A program made the position numbers and the translations under genes. The notes under the pieces were generated by a model that was not told the DNA's origin, made no database searches, and was given only the letters and a program-made list of their open reading frames with translations. DNA of 63,828 nt, the filler included, from Rozella allomycis CSF55 (taxonomy: Eukaryota), in assembly GCA_000442015.1 (NCBI GenBank). It is 9 parts of 9 records of this genome, joined end to end, with 100 filler letters (N's around TTAATTAATTAA, not from the genome) between each part and the next. Parts side by side here need not be neighbours in the genome. Positions count along the whole stretch, not along the records: positions 61,849 to 63,828 come from KE561325.1; 8 more parts are not named here. One strand, given 5' to 3'. Below, piece after piece: positions 62,866-63,828 of this stretch (within the stretch, counting starts at the first letter, position 1; each line of letters begins with the position of its first letter).

Positions 62866-63119
62866 ATGAGAATTTTAAGGCAAACTAAAGATTTGATCTG
62901 AGTGAAACACGTTAGTCGTTATTCCTATGCAAGAGATAATAGCAACTAATCATTGTCATTTGTCGGAGACGTGGAAGTCGGAACTCGGAATATTGATTCT
63001 TTTAAGATGATCTAGTGAGTAGTGACTAGTCATTTTAATTTAGCTAATTCGATTTCGTAATTTAGTAGAAGAAGACATTGCTGTAAAAATAGGCCCGGAC
63101 ACTAAACCATTAATTTCTT

Positions 63120-63168
63120 TAAAAAACGACAATTGATAATAAAAAACGACAATTGATAATAAAAAACA
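63120..63168. repeat. 21-bp tandem repeat TAAAAAACGACAATTGATAA(T), about 2.4 copies
   Basis: Directly visible. Confidence 0.8.
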
Positions 63169-63204
63169 CTTTGATTATGGAAAATGATGATAACCAAACT
63201 TTGT

Positions 63205-63362
63205 TTATTTGTTGTCTCTTGGACATGTACATCTCTGTTCTAATGTCCGATACCATCTACTGTATTACCTTTCGGAACATCTTTCAAAGCTGCTTCAATA
63301 TGTTGGCCACAACCAGCCCATGTCTTCTTGTGGCATTTAGGACATTCTACTTGTCTGCACAT
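63205..63362 (-). CDS. Small Cys-rich (probable zinc-binding) protein, 42 aa
   Basis: MCRQVECPKCHKKTWAGCGQHIEAALKDVPKEQRCTCPRDNK after removing intron 63240-63268. Confidence 0.8.
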
Positions 63363-63555
63363 TGGAAACCAAGATTTCGGAAAATTGAAATTTGTAAAGT
63401 TACATCAAGACAAATGACAATCGCTTTACATTATCAATATTAATTTCTTTAATAATCTACATAATTCATTAAAATGAATATTGATTTAATTTGTAAATGG
63501 TGACTTGTCTCTGCAAGATATTTTTGTACCCCTGTCAAACAGTTTAAATTTAAAA

Positions 63556-63828
63556 ATGAGTGAATCTGTACACTACCATCTAGAAAAGATGGTTCCTGAA
63601 TTAGAAGAATACGTCAAAACCAAAATATTTTCTCAAGTAACACTACTTTAAGCACGATATAGGACGAAGTGAAAAATATAGTGAAAAAGAGAACGCAAAT
63701 GGAATACCGCATCAGCAAAAACATGGCTGAAAAGGCAGATTTTCTAAAATATATAGAATACGAACTGAATCTTGAAACTTTGCGAAAAGCCAGAAAGGAG
63801 CGTTTGGGTACGATGATTTTGTTTAGAT
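63556..63828 (+). CDS. UTP6: U3 snoRNA-associated protein Utp6 (5' part)
   Basis: HLEKMVPELEE..IFSQ|DEVKNIVKKRTQMEYRI..DFLKYIEYELNLE. Confidence 0.88.

Overview
This is gene-dense, AT-rich eukaryotic nuclear DNA from a draft scaffold, with N-gaps carrying a TTAATTAATTAA spacer and single-n joins with duplicated flanks. It mixes fungal-type genes (NEW1/eEF3 family, TUP1, Sat4/Hal4-type kinase) with flagellar genes (IFT22, Chibby, TTLL1) and a microsporidian EnP1-like protein, which suggests a zoosporic early-diverging fungus or cryptomycete such as Rozella (inference). There are about 35 protein genes, most split by 25-32 nt introns. The ~5.2-19.5 kb region is a transposon/pseudogene zone: a Copia element with 83-bp TG..TA LTRs inserted in an hAT-type MITE, a chromovirus fragment and ankyrin relics. 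It is followed by a cluster of intronless orphan, mostly secreted genes. The most striking signal is in the splicing. First, four unrelated genes contain two back-to-back ~28-nt introns joined AG|GT with a zero-nucleotide exon. Second, several introns needed to restore conserved proteins end in TG or CG rather than AG, at the modal length. Together these suggest a spliceosome that picks the 3' site by distance and removes longer introns recursively. All gene models were made by hand and need RNA-seq confirmation.
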